From Lingula anatina (Eukaryota > Animalia > Brachiopoda), in NCBI GenBank assembly GCA_051362555.1, contig CM120640.1, positions 55,530,788 to 55,594,787 on the forward strand: a stretch of DNA of 64,000 nt. The letters run 5' to 3'. Under the pieces are notes generated by a model. It did no database searches and was not told the origin of the DNA. It saw nothing but the letters and a program-made list of their open reading frames with translations. The position numbers and the translations under genes were made by a program. This document shows positions 63,901-64,000 of the stretch, piece by piece. Positions within the stretch are counted from its first letter, which is position 1. Each line of letters opens with the position of its first letter.

Positions 63901-64000
63901 TATTTTATAATTATTTAAATATTGAGACTTTCATCATGTGAATTTGAACTCTCATGGTCCTGAAACTGTATTCTTATTGAAGGGGTACATTGAGACCATC
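60948..64000 (+). mobile_element. HINE-like family A, young copy running off the window, interrupted by an inverted copy of itself
   Basis: 5' end follows an (ATT)n tract at 60913-60949 and has 161-bp core repeats. It breaks at AAAGTGTCAA (61656) and resumes at ATGGAAATAAACTC (63581). Confidence 0.85.
61655..63579 (-). mobile_element. HINE-like family A, complete minus-strand copy
   Basis: Reverse complement of the family 3' end (AACAAGGCAGCAAAGCTGTCAAATGTACAGAC) at 61655, and of the 5' palindrome at ~63480-63579. Confidence 0.9.

Overview
AT-rich, intron-containing animal genomic DNA, probably from a marine invertebrate (inference). It is not prokaryotic, and I found no CRISPR array, rRNA or tRNA. 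Three protein-coding genes can be spliced by hand with consistent phases. (1) A 6-exon + strand P-loop NTPase-like gene (295-5573) with a mitochondrial-type leader and a degenerate Walker B. (2) A complete 7-exon Brachyury (T) gene on the - strand (10468-18131, 438 aa), divergent and lacking the usual N-terminal motif. (3) An EF-hand/coiled-coil KASH5/LRMP(IRAG2)-family gene on the + strand (CDS from 25200, 18 coding exons found to 58734, continuing beyond the window). The introns of genes 1 and 3 are packed with non-autonomous mobile DNA: three Helentron/HINE-like families with internal tandem repeats, Harbinger-type MITEs, CAG-ended hAT-like elements with unusual 5- and 6-bp TSDs, a twice-present ~3.2-kb TA-flanked element, a Kolobok-like element, a 5'-truncated CR1/L2-type LINE, a 129-bp hammerhead-like insert and a degenerate orphan antisense ORF. 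The Brachyury locus itself is almost TE-free. The best leads are the pseudo-ATPase gene, the hammerhead-like mini-element, the 6-bp-TSD hATs and a self-nested HINE with a template-switched end. All calls come from manual reading; no database search was run.
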